From the NCBI GenBank assembly GCA_951406725.2, contig OX597815.1, positions 197,656,001 to 197,720,000 on the forward strand: a DNA stretch of 64,000 nucleotides, read 5' to 3'. This document shows positions 1 through 12,394 of this stretch, piece after piece. The translations under genes were made by a program, and so were the position numbers. Each line of letters starts with the position of its first letter. The stretch's first letter is position 1. The notes below the pieces were generated by a model. It was not told the DNA's origin and searched no databases. It saw only the letters and a program-made list of their open reading frames with translations. The DNA is from Octopus vulgaris. Its lineage: Eukaryota.

Positions 1-724
1 AATCGGAACACAAAGAAAAAGCAAAATCAATACTAGCAACACCATGAAGACATTTTGTATCCAGAGGAAGCATGATATATGCACGTATGTATAAATGCAC
101 ACACACACACACACAAACACACACACAGGCACGCACACACAAACAAACAAACATATATCTGTGTATGTAAGTGTGTGTGTTTCTATATACAATGGATTTC
201 CTTAGACAGTGAAAATGATAGTGAAAAAGTCGATTTTACTTGTCATCACATAGCGAAATAACCTTATTATTTTTTAGGGCATCCTTCTTATAATACTGCG
301 GATTTGACAAGAAAAGTCTGCGATTTCATTTCAGACTGATTCACTTGTACGCAGTCTTTCTTCTATGCTACTTACAGTTCGGTAATCTTGCTATCGAGCT
401 TTCACTACGAAGAACATATATGTAGAGAACATGAATATTACTTACTGCTAGAGTAAAGAAATTTTAGAGATTTGATTCCAAGAGTTCATTTTGTTGTGTG
501 TGATACCTTAATCGTATGACATGGTTCTCCGTTCTCTGGAAAACATTGGTCTACTTATAAACATAGGAATAAAGTAGTAATGGATTATTTCGACTAGTTT
601 ACAACATTTCAGTTGATTTTGATAAACATTTTTTAGATATATCTTGCTTCACCCCCACATAACAACAAATCATTTCTTTACCTGATTTATTAAAACAACC
701 ACGCTCCTCTATTTTGGTTTTTCG

Positions 725-1065
<341 letters not shown>

Positions 1066-1071
1066 TTTTTT

Positions 1072-1567
1072 AAAAAACAAGTCAAAAATAGAAAATGCTA
1101 AGATGATTTTATAGTGAATCTGATATTTCAGTGAACGTCGGTTTCGGTCATTTTGAGACCTTTTCAACTGTAACGATTAAATAATTAAATTTAGAAAAAT
1201 TTAGAAAAATTAGAAGAAAGGTTTTTTAAAGGAATACTTCCATTGTAGTGTTCAGATATAGGTGGCATTCTGCCTTTCTCTGACTCCCTTGTTTGCACTT
1301 GTGTATTCGAATACACAAGTGCAAACAAGGGAGTCAGAGAAAGGCAGAATGCCACCTATATCTGAACACTACTATGGAAGTATTCCTTTAAAAAAACCTT
1401 TCTTCTAATTTTTCTAAATTTTTCTAAGTTTAATTATTTAATCGTTACAGTTGAAAAGGTCTCAAAATGACCGAAACCGGTACTGAAAGATTCACTATAA
1501 AATCATCTTAGCATTTTCTATTTTTGACTTGTTTTTTCATATATATCAACTCGTGTGTTCCTTTCCA

Positions 1568-1576
<9 letters not shown>
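1072..1576 (+). mobile_element. PLE-type fold-back insertion: ~465 bp palindrome plus short tail in (TA)n
   Basis: Arms 1072-1308 and 1309-1537 are near-perfect reverse complements centred on TTCGAA. Unique tail 1538-1576. Hammerhead in the right arm. Confidence 0.75.
1445..1488 (+). ncRNA. Minimal type I hammerhead ribozyme, U3:A8 core variant
   Basis: ttacag-TTGAAAA-ggtc(tcaaaat)gacc-GAAA-ccgg-TA-ctgaaa. Stem II is 4 bp, stem III is the palindrome ACCGGT, stem I is cag/ctg. Confidence 0.65.
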
Positions 1577-1599
<23 letters not shown>

Positions 1600-1681
1600 G
1601 GTCCCGGGTTGAGTCGGGGTTAACCACAGTAAATAAGGTACTCAATACATAGCAGAGTAAATTAATTTATTTTATAGAAGG

Positions 1682-1732
1682 AGCTTCTACAGGACTAGAA
1701 CTGTTTCATTCAAATGAAATCATCAGGAAGCT
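1682..1732 (-). ncRNA. Type I hammerhead ribozyme in sense pLTR
   Basis: Reverse complement of 6195-6245: agcttc-CTGATGA-t.ttc(attt)gaa.t-GAAA-cag(ttctagtc)ctg-TA-gaagct. Confidence 0.8.
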
Positions 1733-2782
1733 TTGTGTCAAGAATAGTTTTGGTATTTATACATTTAGGCAGATTTAAAGGGGTGGTGGTGGTGGACTTT
1801 TTTGGGGGTAGGCATGGCGCAAACAGTCTTTCTTAGGGGAGTGGTCAAAAGAATCAGTGATAAAGTAGATAAATGAATAAATAGAATAATAGAATAATAG
1901 AATAGAGTTTTAGGTAAATAAGAAGACTATATGCAAGCACACGCACACATATATCTACACACATATATATAAAAAAAGAATATACACACCCATACACACA
2001 CGCACACACTCATATATATACATACACATACACACACACATATATATACATATGTGTATACATGCACACATATACACACATTTTTCCTCCCTTATTTTTT
2101 CCATATTTTTTTATTATTTTGACCTCGAACTACCCACCCGCCGACAAACATTTAGTGGCGGCTAAGGTAGACCCTCCCGAGGGAGCCAGCCGGCCTAAAA
2201 GAAAACCGTTTATTGCCCATCTCCCTTCCTTTCTATCGCTCTTCCCACGGATACGAACACAAACACTCACACACACACACACACTCCACACACACACACA
2301 CACACACACTCACACGCACACTCATACACATACACAAACGCACATGTTTTATGTATACATATACATATACACACACAAGTACTCATGCTCATACATTCAT
2401 AAGTGTACCCACTTTCACATAAACGTACACATAACTATGTACGCACAAAACCACATATATAAATGTATTTCAGTACACATAAACACACATGAACATCTGC
2501 CCGCATATATAAACGCATATGCCTATACACAGACATTTGTGCATATAAACATACATATGCATATATACACATCCACACGCTTATAAATACATATATGCAC
2601 ACATGCACGCATACACGTGTACATAAAGCATACCTACATATACACACATATATATACATACATGCACGTATATACACATACGTACACGTACGTACAAATA
2701 AATACATATCTACACACATACACATACATACATCTATACACATACAGAAATCTACAGTACTATATATATACACACATATATC

Positions 2783-2837
<55 letters not shown>

Positions 2838-2847
2838 TATATATATA

Positions 2848-3327
2848 GGTAAACAGTAAAAATAATTACAGACATGGACAAGAACATGAAACACCACAGA
2901 GACGACACAAGAACCACAGGACGGGACATTCGAAGCCCTCAGTCATCAGTCAAGAACCAGATCATCTTAGCAATTTCGGCTGATTAATCTTGAGATTGCT
3001 CCGATATGGGCAGCCCGCCAAGGGAAATCTAAGCCAAGCGCATTAGATCCCCTGGAAGAAAGCTTCGAATGTATACAACACGAGGACGGAAAACGAACGA
3101 AGTACACGAACAAAAATACAGAATACGTGACACCAATAAGAATACAAAAACGTAAAAACAATAACGGTAAAAATAAAAAATAAACAACAAAACAAAACCA
3201 GGACGTAGGACAAGGGTCTTTCGACAGGACGAGTTGAGTATGAGGCTGGCTTATGAAGTTGTGCCTAATGGCCGCAGGGAGACGAACAAATACGTGTTGC
3301 TTCGGCGGCTGCTGGAACGAAAAGAAT
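2848..3327 (-). mobile_element. Non-coding, probably PLE/retrozyme-like element fragment nested in a TA tract
   Basis: Unique structured sequence between TA/CA tracts. U-rich body on the minus strand, similar in layout to 57260-57820. Carries a permuted hammerhead-like motif. Confidence 0.5.
2935..3009 (-). ncRNA. Candidate non-circularly permuted hammerhead ribozyme
   Basis: Minus strand: agcaa-T-C-tcaaga-ttaa-tcag-cc-GAAA-ttgct-13 nt-tcttga-CTGATGA-ctga. Stems III, I and II all pair. Confidence 0.6.
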
Positions 3328-3864
3328 ATATATATATATATGTATACATACATACATATACATATACATACACACACACATACATATACACATACGTATA
3401 TACCTACATATACATACACATATATACTTACACCAATCATATACATACCTACATACACATACATCCATATATATCTATACATATACATACATATATATAA
3501 ATACATGCACATACTAATACACGTACGCATGTCTACGCACATGCACGCACACATATCTATCTACATATATAAGAAACCCAACAAGTCCATACATATACAC
3601 ACATACATATACATATACGCGTACATACATACACATACATGTACACACATATCCCCATATATATATACATCTATATATATACATACATATATATATATAT
3701 ATATATACATACAATACACACATATATATATATATATACACACACACACATACATACACACATATATACATATACATACAAACACACACACATATACATA
3801 CATACACCCACACGGAGGTATACAGGCATGTACACACATATTTTTACATATATATATATATATG

Positions 3865-3931
<67 letters not shown>

Positions 3932-3933
<2 letters not shown>

Positions 3934-4209
3934 GAGAAAGAAGCAACAAGAATGGATTAGTTTTTAGTACAATTGTTTCATACAAAGACAGGCTTTATTA
4001 AAAGTTGCAAATATTTGCAACTTTTAATAAAGCCTGTCTTTGTATGAAACAATTGTACTAAAAACTAATCCATTCTTGTTGCTTCTTTCTCGTTTATAAT
4101 CACCCCACATTACTGCATGGTTTACACCATATAGTTTTCTGGTGCATCTAAATTAAGTACCGCATTCAAGTAAATTCATTGGAATTGACTTGAATCTTAA
4201 TTGCTTTTA
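3932..4209 (+). mobile_element. Perfect 162 bp palindrome (3932-4093) plus tail, inserted in (TA)n; PLE fold-back type
   Basis: Arms are exact reverse complements about 4012/4013. GAAA-CAATTG-TA (hammerhead 3' half) lies in the right arm. Tail 4094-4209. Confidence 0.7.
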
Positions 4210-4706
4210 TTATATATATATATATATATATACACGAACACACACATATACACATATATACACATATATACACCAATACACATACGCATACATAAATATA
4301 TACATATGTATATACACATGCATACACATACACACACACGCGCGCATCTATATATACATAAATACATACAGGCATACATGCATATACTTATACACATATA
4401 CATACATGCATAAACAAATAATAAATATATATACGTGCAAATACCCATACTCACACATACATATACGCGTACATGTACACATACATACAGATACATACAA
4501 ATAAACATACACATATATAAATACACATATATATATATACATACATATACACATATATATACATACCTACATATACATAAACACACAAGCGTACATATAT
4601 ATATATCCGTGCATACACATACACACATATATGTACACACTTAAAGATATATACAAATGTAATTACACGAACACACATACATACGCATATTCATATTTAC
4701 ACCCAT

Positions 4707-4785
<79 letters not shown>

Positions 4786-5061
4786 CACCCATAAACATAT
4801 ACACAAGCATATACCTACACGTAAAATGTACTCGTATACACACACACTCATACACTTGTACATACACACACATATATATGTACACACATATATATGCACA
4901 CATACACATTTACATATACACACATACATATACATACATATATACATACACATACATATATATCCATAAATACATATATGTACATATACATACACATACA
5001 TCTACACACACATACATATACACATATATATACATACACACGTATATATACATACATATAA

Positions 5062-5093
<32 letters not shown>

Positions 5094-5349
5094 TCACATA
5101 CATATATATACACATGCAGAAGCATGTACACATATACACAAGCACACGCATGCACGCCTTCACATACACATTTACATACACTTTTGCAAATACACTAACA
5201 TACAAATACGTATATGCACACGTATACATATATGTACGCACACGCACATATGCCAGCATCCATATATATGTGAGTAGTCTTAGGAGAGAAGGTAATTGGG
5301 GGTGCTGAGGGGATGGTGGGGGTGGGGTGTTTTTGTGGGTGGGTTGTCG

Positions 5350-5803
5350 TCAATCGGGTTGCCGGGTGGGTCTGTAGTTTTTGTAGTTTGCATAAACTTT
5401 GTGCATACAATTAGGGGAGTGTTCCGAGATCTTGTTGAGGAGAGGGCCTTTGTCGAACAAAATCTCCAGGCTCTCAGAAATGCAAAGGTCACAGCAGGTA
5501 TGGCCTCCTGTGTACGAACGCGCCCTCTGTAGTAGTCCCCACTTGATCTTGAAGGGGATGGAGTTCCTTTTAAGGTACCAGATGTGGGCGGCGAGAGTGG
5601 TCTGGTTAGACTTGTCAGGTCGCCGTAACGAGTGTGTGTAGGCGTACCAGCGAGTCTTAAAGCTATTTGACGTCATTCCGATGTACGATTTTCTTTTATC
5701 ATCGGGGCCTGATCGTACCTCGCAAATGTAGACGAGGTCCTTCTGTAGGCAGTTGTTGTTGAGGGGGCAAGTGGTTTTATCAGGGCAGTTGAAATTGCTT
5801 TTA
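5350..5803 (-). pseudogene. GIY-YIG endonuclease domain of a Penelope-like element (N-terminally truncated by the inversion)
   Basis: NFNCPDKTTCPLNNNC..LVY..SYIGMTSNSFKTRW..LAAHIWYLK..KIKW..CDLCISE..LLN..E..CMH: Cys-rich linker, VY/YIG motif, conserved R, E and N. The N-terminus of ORF 5350..5877 is pLTR-derived. Confidence 0.9.
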
Positions 5804-6194
5804 TAGATAAAATAAGGGAGGAAAAATGTGTGTGTATATATGTGCATGTATACACATATATATGTGCATGTATACACATATGCATATATATGTGTGTGTG
5901 TATGTGTATGTATATATATGAGTGTGTGTGTGTGTATGGGTGTGTATATTCTTTTTTTATATATATGTGTGTAGATATGTGTGTGCGTGTGCTTGCATAT
6001 AGTCTTCTTATTTACCTAAAACTCTACTCTATTATTCTATTATTCTATTTATGCATTTATCTACTTTATCACTGATTCTTTTGACCACTCCCCTAAGAAA
6101 GACAGTTTGCGCCATGCCTACCCCCAAAAATGTCCCCCCACCACCCCTTTAAATCTGCCTAAATGTATAAATACCAAAACTATTCTTGACACAA

Positions 6195-6245
6195 AGCTTC
6201 CTGATGATTTCATTTGAATGAAACAGTTCTAGTCCTGTAGAAGCT
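6195..6245 (+). ncRNA. Type I hammerhead ribozyme in inverted pLTR
   Basis: Stem I agcttc/gaagct (6 bp), CTGATGA 6201-6207, GAAA 6220-6223, stem III Acag/ctgT. Predicted cleavage after GUA (6239). Confidence 0.8.
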
Positions 6246-6262
6246 CCTTCTATAAAATAAAA

Positions 6263-6293
<31 letters not shown>

Positions 6294-6976
6294 CAAGAGA
6301 AAAATTGAAAGTAAATGGAATACATGAGATTCCTTATTGAGCACTACGGTCGTTTTGATAACTTGTGCATCCCTCCCTCACTAGTGAGATGCTGTACAAG
6401 TAGCTGTAATGCACCACTCGGTGCAGATGTGCCTTATCAGGTGGCTTCTCAAATGTAACCACGTTCTTGAATCTTCGATTCGGTTATTTCGATTTTCTAA
6501 AGTAAGTGCAGTGGCTATAAAATCCACACTGTTGATGTCATCAGTTAGCCGGTTACATTGAACGAGCTTTAGACAACATACTACGAGGTGTATACCCAAA
6601 GTTAAAATCATTAGTTATAAAAAGTAGTAGGGACACCCTTTGTTCATAAATAACCATGGGATTGCACCTAGAAAGCTCCTCTCCGAAGCAAGGTTGTTTA
6701 TAGGCAATGTTGTTTATAGAAGACCAGCAGTCGCACATGCATAGAAGCCTCTTCTCTCTTCTCCTAATTACTGACATTACTTAATGGAAACCGAAACGCC
6801 AGTAAAGTTCAGCGCTAATAACGTCGCAACTCATTTTTACAGCTGAGTGAACTGTAGCAACGTGGATGATAGTGTCTTGCTCAAAAACACAACACACAGC
6901 CATGACTGTGAGTCCGACGCACTAACAACTCAGCCATACGCCTTCTTGTAGTCTACTTATACACACACGCACACAC

Positions 6977-7011
<35 letters not shown>

Positions 7012-7033
7012 CATATATATATATATATGTATT

Positions 7034-7118
<85 letters not shown>

Positions 7119-7134
7119 TCACATATATATAAAT

Positions 7135-7376
7135 GTGCCCTTTTAAAGCCTAGCCTGGCTCATGTGCCCGGTTCCACGGTTTCAATGGCCTATGTGTTCC
7201 CCAGCTGGACGGGAAACCATTCCATCGCAGCGTTACTCATTTTTGCCAGCTGAGTGGACTGGAACAACGTGAAATGAAGTGTTTTCCTCAAGAACACAAC
7301 GCGTCGCCTGGTCTAGGAATCAAAACCACAATCTTAGAATCATGATGCTGACACCTTAACCACTAAGCCACGCGTG
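7135..7376 (-). mobile_element. tRNA-derived SINE (family C head/core, alternative tail)
   Basis: Head and core match 14425-14585 (A box gtggcttagtggtt; core tgtgttcttgag..aacact..ccagtccactcagctggcaaaaatgagt). The tail differs. A decayed copy lies at ~6820-6945. Confidence 0.75.
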
Positions 7377-7407
7377 TTCACGTGTATATATATATATATA
7401 TATATGA

Positions 7408-7450
<43 letters not shown>

Positions 7451-7508
7451 TTTATGTATATATATATGTATATATATATATATGAATTTATGTATATATA
7501 TATATATG

Positions 7509-7591
<83 letters not shown>

Positions 7592-7667
7592 GCAGTGTGG
7601 AAGGTGTTTGTAAGCCATTTAAGAAACACATAAAAGCCGTTCGATTCACTTCAACATTTAAGTTTAA

Positions 7668-7718
7668 TTTGTCAAAACATTTTCGTCGCTATAAGACCTC
7701 GACCTGTTCAGTGACAAA
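7668..7718 (-). ncRNA. Minimal type I hammerhead-like motif (core CTGAACA) in a pLTR-like fragment 7590-7735
   Basis: tttgtca-CTGAACA-g.gtcg(11 nt)cgac-GAAA-atgt-TT-tgacaaa. Stem I is 7 bp. The C3/C8 mismatch suggests decay. Confidence 0.6.
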
Positions 7719-7735
7719 AATCCGTGCTGCATCTC

Positions 7736-7770
<35 letters not shown>

Positions 7771-8539
7771 TATTTATGTGTGTGTGTATAAGTAGCCTAC
7801 GTGACAACCATAATGCCTCACCTCCATGACAACAAATCGTTTCTTTACCTGTGTGTATATGTGTGTGTGAGTGTGTATACATACATGCACACATATTTTT
7901 CTGGAATTGCGAAGGTTGGCGGAATTTGTATTCTTCAGACAATTTATCTGTGAACTAAACATTGACTGCTTTTACATATGTGACCATTGTAATTTCATTT
8001 GACATTCAAATAGTTGGCATATTTCATGAAAACCTTTGCTAATATGCAACATTTCTACAATTGGTCATACCTTATAGTGGTGTATATTTGAAATATACAA
8101 ATTCTCTCATAATTGAATGTCCCAATGCAATATTTCAGTAGCCAAGTAGTTTTATTTTTGAACTAATAACGCATGCCTGCAATTCAAGATTTGTGAAATT
8201 TATTCAATATTTGGTTGTTGTTATCGTAAATTTCAGGTTTATAGAATTGAATTTTCCAAACTTATTCAATTATTTGAATCGCCTGCATGTAAATTCATGA
8301 GCGTTCCTTTCTTCCTTCTTCAAATTGTAACTATAAACATAATCTTATTCATAATGTCTACCTTCACTGAAGTGGAGCAAACTTCTGAATAAAAATTCCC
8401 TTACGTCATACCTGTTCGACGTTCTTTACATACATACATAAATACATACATATATATATATATATACATACACACACACACACATACACACACACGCACA
8501 CACACACACATATATATATATATATGAGTGTGTGTGTGT

Positions 8540-8960
8540 ATTTTGATAGTAATGGTAAGACATCAAAAGAAAGAAAGAGACCTCGATATTACGTAAATAG
8601 AGGAATTTATCTGTAAATATATGTGACAATTATTCGGATGTCAAGGCGGGGACCCACCCCGGCATCTCTTCTGTTATCGGGCCATCGAAAAAAATGCTAT
8701 GAATATGACCGTTAAAACAAAGGGAAATTACTGTGTGATTGGTCGTTATTAAGACAAAAGAGCTAATAGCTAATGACTACAAACCTTCCTGCATATACCC
8801 ATTCACTCTAACCAAACTTTCTAAACATTTTCAGGGCAGAAAGCGCGATACCCAATGTTTGGCACCACCTTTCTCCCGCCAAGTTAAATCTCAACCCAAA
8901 ATTCTTTAAAAATCCTAAACTCTAACGTCCTACCACAGAATAAATACTACCCTACCTTTA
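8540..8960 (-). mobile_element. PLE pLTR-like fragment with decayed hammerhead (8633-8678)
   Basis: Minus strand gataa-CAGAAGA-gatg...catc-c-GAA. Stem III is missing. Adjacent to a TA/TG tract. Confidence 0.35.
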
Positions 8961-9277
8961 GGTATATACGAGAAAGCACATAAATGGAAAACAATGTGGA
9001 AAATATAATACTAATGATAAGTTGGAACGTGAAGCTCTGTTTCTGTGATATTTTTGCTGCTTTAATAAACCTAACTAGGCAGTCCGCTTACCTAATACCG
9101 CTGGTATTTCAAAATTAGTGCCCATCCAATAAACTACAATTTATGTTTGTGTTCGAGTTGCTGTGTGTGTTTATTTTGCGTGTGTCTACTGACTCTGTTT
9201 TTGTGTTAGCACTACTACACAAATATGCATTCATACATATATTGTAAAAGTGTAGTGAGATGGAATAGAGATCATGT

Positions 9278-9496
9278 TTACTCTTTTACTTTTTTAATTG
9301 TTTTAGTCATTTGACTGCGGCCATGCTGGAGCCTTTAGTCGAGTAGATCGACGCCAGGACTTATTCTTTGTAAGTCTAATAATTATTCTATCGGTCTCTT
9401 TTGCCGACTCGCTAAGTTACGGGAACGTAAACACACCAGCATTGGTTGGAAAATGATGTTGGGGGGGACAAACACAGACACACAAACACACACACA

Positions 9497-9541
<45 letters not shown>

Positions 9542-9543
9542 CT

Positions 9544-9576
<33 letters not shown>

Positions 9577-9737
9577 AGACAGGGCTTCTTTCAGTTTCCG
9601 TCTACCAAATCCACTCACAAGGCTTTGGTCGGCCCGAGGCTATAGTAGAAGACACTTGCCGAAAGTGCCACGTACTGGGACTGAACCCGGAACCATGTGG
9701 TTGGTAAGAATGCTACTTACCACACAGCCACTCCTGC
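9278..9737 (-). mobile_element. tRNA-derived SINE family A with internal microsatellite
   Basis: Matches 43453-43876: A box tggctgtgtgg, B box ggttcagtccc, CORE-like segment, (GTAAAAGA)n tail. Confidence 0.9.
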
Positions 9738-9949
9738 AGCGAGCTGAAAAAACTTTTGTTGTTTGGGGTTACATTGCGAAATTTTGTGTGCCCCTTGTAC
9801 TAACCTTCTGTCATATTTATTCAAGTAAGTTTCCTAGACAACAGAATAGATTCTCTATTTGCACGGGTTATTTTTATATTGTCCTAAATTAATTATGTTC
9901 ACTTTATGTTGTAAAATATTCTAATTTTTAATTTGGAACGCTCCATTGT

Positions 9950-10150
9950 TTTGATTGTTTGATATATCTGAAGATAGCAGGAAATAATGCGCCTGTTCTA
10001 TATCCAGCTTGAGTATGCCGCACATGTTTAGGGTTTACTGCATGGATTTAGTTTGAAGAAGTTAGACGTTGGTGAGTAAATATTTGAATTGGCCTCTCTC
10101 CTATATCAAATGTTCGGCGCTTGGAACTGAAATCCGAAATGATGTAAACA
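9950..10150 (+). mobile_element. Very degenerate LINE RT C-terminal fragment
   Basis: From 10008 translates LEYAAHV*, resembling the LEY..VW motif of CR1/L2/Jockey-group RTs. Confidence 0.3.
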
Positions 10151-10549
10151 TAGTTCTTGAATTACCATATAATTATTCATTTGCTCCCTTCCATAGGGTT
10201 TCCAGAAGACGTTAGTATGTAGGGATAACTAGATTTTCACCAGAAACATTAATTGCTGAGCAAACCTGTCAACATCTCTGCAGAAGGCTCTCCTCATATT
10301 TTTTGTACTCACATTTGTCTGCAAGGTAGCAAATTTGATAGGCTTATCTCTACAAGATCATGTTGAATATAATCAGCCTACTTTTATAAAATATATTTTC
10401 AGAAAATATACCCTTTTTTATGCATATATACACCCATTCACACTTGAATATACGTTATTACGTGTGTATGTATGAATATTTATTACTTATCTTAGACCTC
10501 GCTTTGAGTATTTATAAAGTTTTATAAATGTATTCACACATAATCATGC

Positions 10550-10623
<74 letters not shown>

Positions 10624-12287
10624 TGTGTGTGTGTGTGTATAGATACAAATATATTTGCATGTATATATGTATACATATATCCACATATATGTGTGTATAC
10701 ATATATATATATATGCATGTATATATATATACATACATTTATATGGATATATATTTATGTATATATATATATATACATATATTTATATGGATATATATTT
10801 ATGTATATATATATATATATATACATAAATACATACATACAAACATAATTCACACAAATCAAGAAGTATTCCCAAGGTTTCTGCTTCTCATGAGGATTCT
10901 AAGACCCCTTAATTGGAGCTTTAACTTCTAAATTTTAGTCATTTTTTATGATCCAAAACAAGATCGAGAGTACTGAATGGATCATTATGAAATTTGGAAA
11001 TTATATTCTATGCATCAGAGCAGATGCAATGCAGTTTATGTTTGAAAGTGAGGGGGAAAACGAGGCCATAACCCCCATGAAAATTCATATATTTTTGCTG
11101 TTGATGAAATTTCAACCATAGATATTAGACGCAAATGAAGTAATATTCCTAAAATTTCAACTTCTTATGAGGTTAGTAAGTCTACTTAACACCCGCAATT
11201 TATTCGTTTTACCTAAGCCAAAAACGAATGCAATTGTAGTCTTGGAAGCTATAGAGTCACCCGAATATACAAGATGTGCATTATTTGTAATTCAATGGTA
11301 CAACCGTGTAAGAGTTTGCTTTGAGATATACTTAGATTGTCATTTCTGCAATGTCGTGCATAAATTGTCAAGTAAAGGTGAGACAGTTTTGCCTTCACTG
11401 ATTCAGCTGCAAAGTATTAATTTGAGTAAAGTTATTCGGTTGCTGGACTCCTTTGAGTTTTTTTTATTATTATCACTGGGTCAGAGACAGTCCCCAGATA
11501 GTAACAATGATTTCAAAGCCTTTCTAGAAAAGTGAGTCGCCATTCAAAAATATTTATAGATTGCATATTTATTCTGTTAAGTTACCTATCGGTATAGTGA
11601 TCATTGACAAACTCCAGAGGTGACACTTTCATTTCTCCTTAGCCCTCACATCACACAGTCGTTAATATTTATTTGGGTTATGTCACACCTTTTTCCAATT
11701 GCTATAGATCCGTAACACATCTTACGGGTGTGGCCGTCACTTGTACGGTGAGGAATCCTACATTGGGCAGTGGTAATGACTAGGATAGGGTAGCTGACTG
11801 TTTATTGTCATCATTCGTCTTTTGGTTTTCTCTAGCTTTGCTCTCTTTTGCAAACATTCATATATTTCCGATTTCAAAGAAATTTGAACACTAGATATGA
11901 CACAAGTTAAAAAACAACTCCAACAATTCAACATCTTTGGTTGACTTTAAGACTCTAACTAATCGGGGCCTTAAATCCCACATTTTAGAGCTCCATGTGC
12001 TCCATTTCTTTTCAGGAGCAGAAACCTTTGAATGGGTTTTATAAGATTTGGATTTTGGAAACTGAACATAAAGATGAGTAGTATGGGATGAATATGTCAT
12101 CATGATTATAATTTTTATTAGGGTGTGTAAAGAGGTAAAGAACCCCATTAAAATTCTTAACCTCCAATTTTGATGAAATTCGAATCATAGGTATTCCAGT
12201 TCATTAGAGAAAATATAAAGCAAAAGTCTAATTCTTCAATTCCATATGACACAAGCAATGCCGGGTATCTCTACTAGTATATATAAA

Positions 12288-12394
<107 letters not shown>

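Larger units (their letters stand above)
1599..6261 (-). mobile_element. 5'-truncated Penelope-like retroelement with inverted pseudo-LTR and nested insertions
   Basis: Inverted repeats 1666-2097 and 5809-6261, each with a hammerhead. Unique tail 1599-1665. GIY-YIG remnant 5350-5803. Flanked by (TA)n. Confidence 0.8.

Noticed and set aside
2119-2200. HDV-like ribozyme (minus strand begins GGCCGGC..tccctcg)
   Set aside because: Could not assign P2, P3, P1.1 or the catalytic C; a simple hairpin explains the pairing.
10860-12200. Weakly similar segments at ~11070-11125 and ~12140-12195
   Set aside because: Probably an old DNA-element relic, but too diverged to define.
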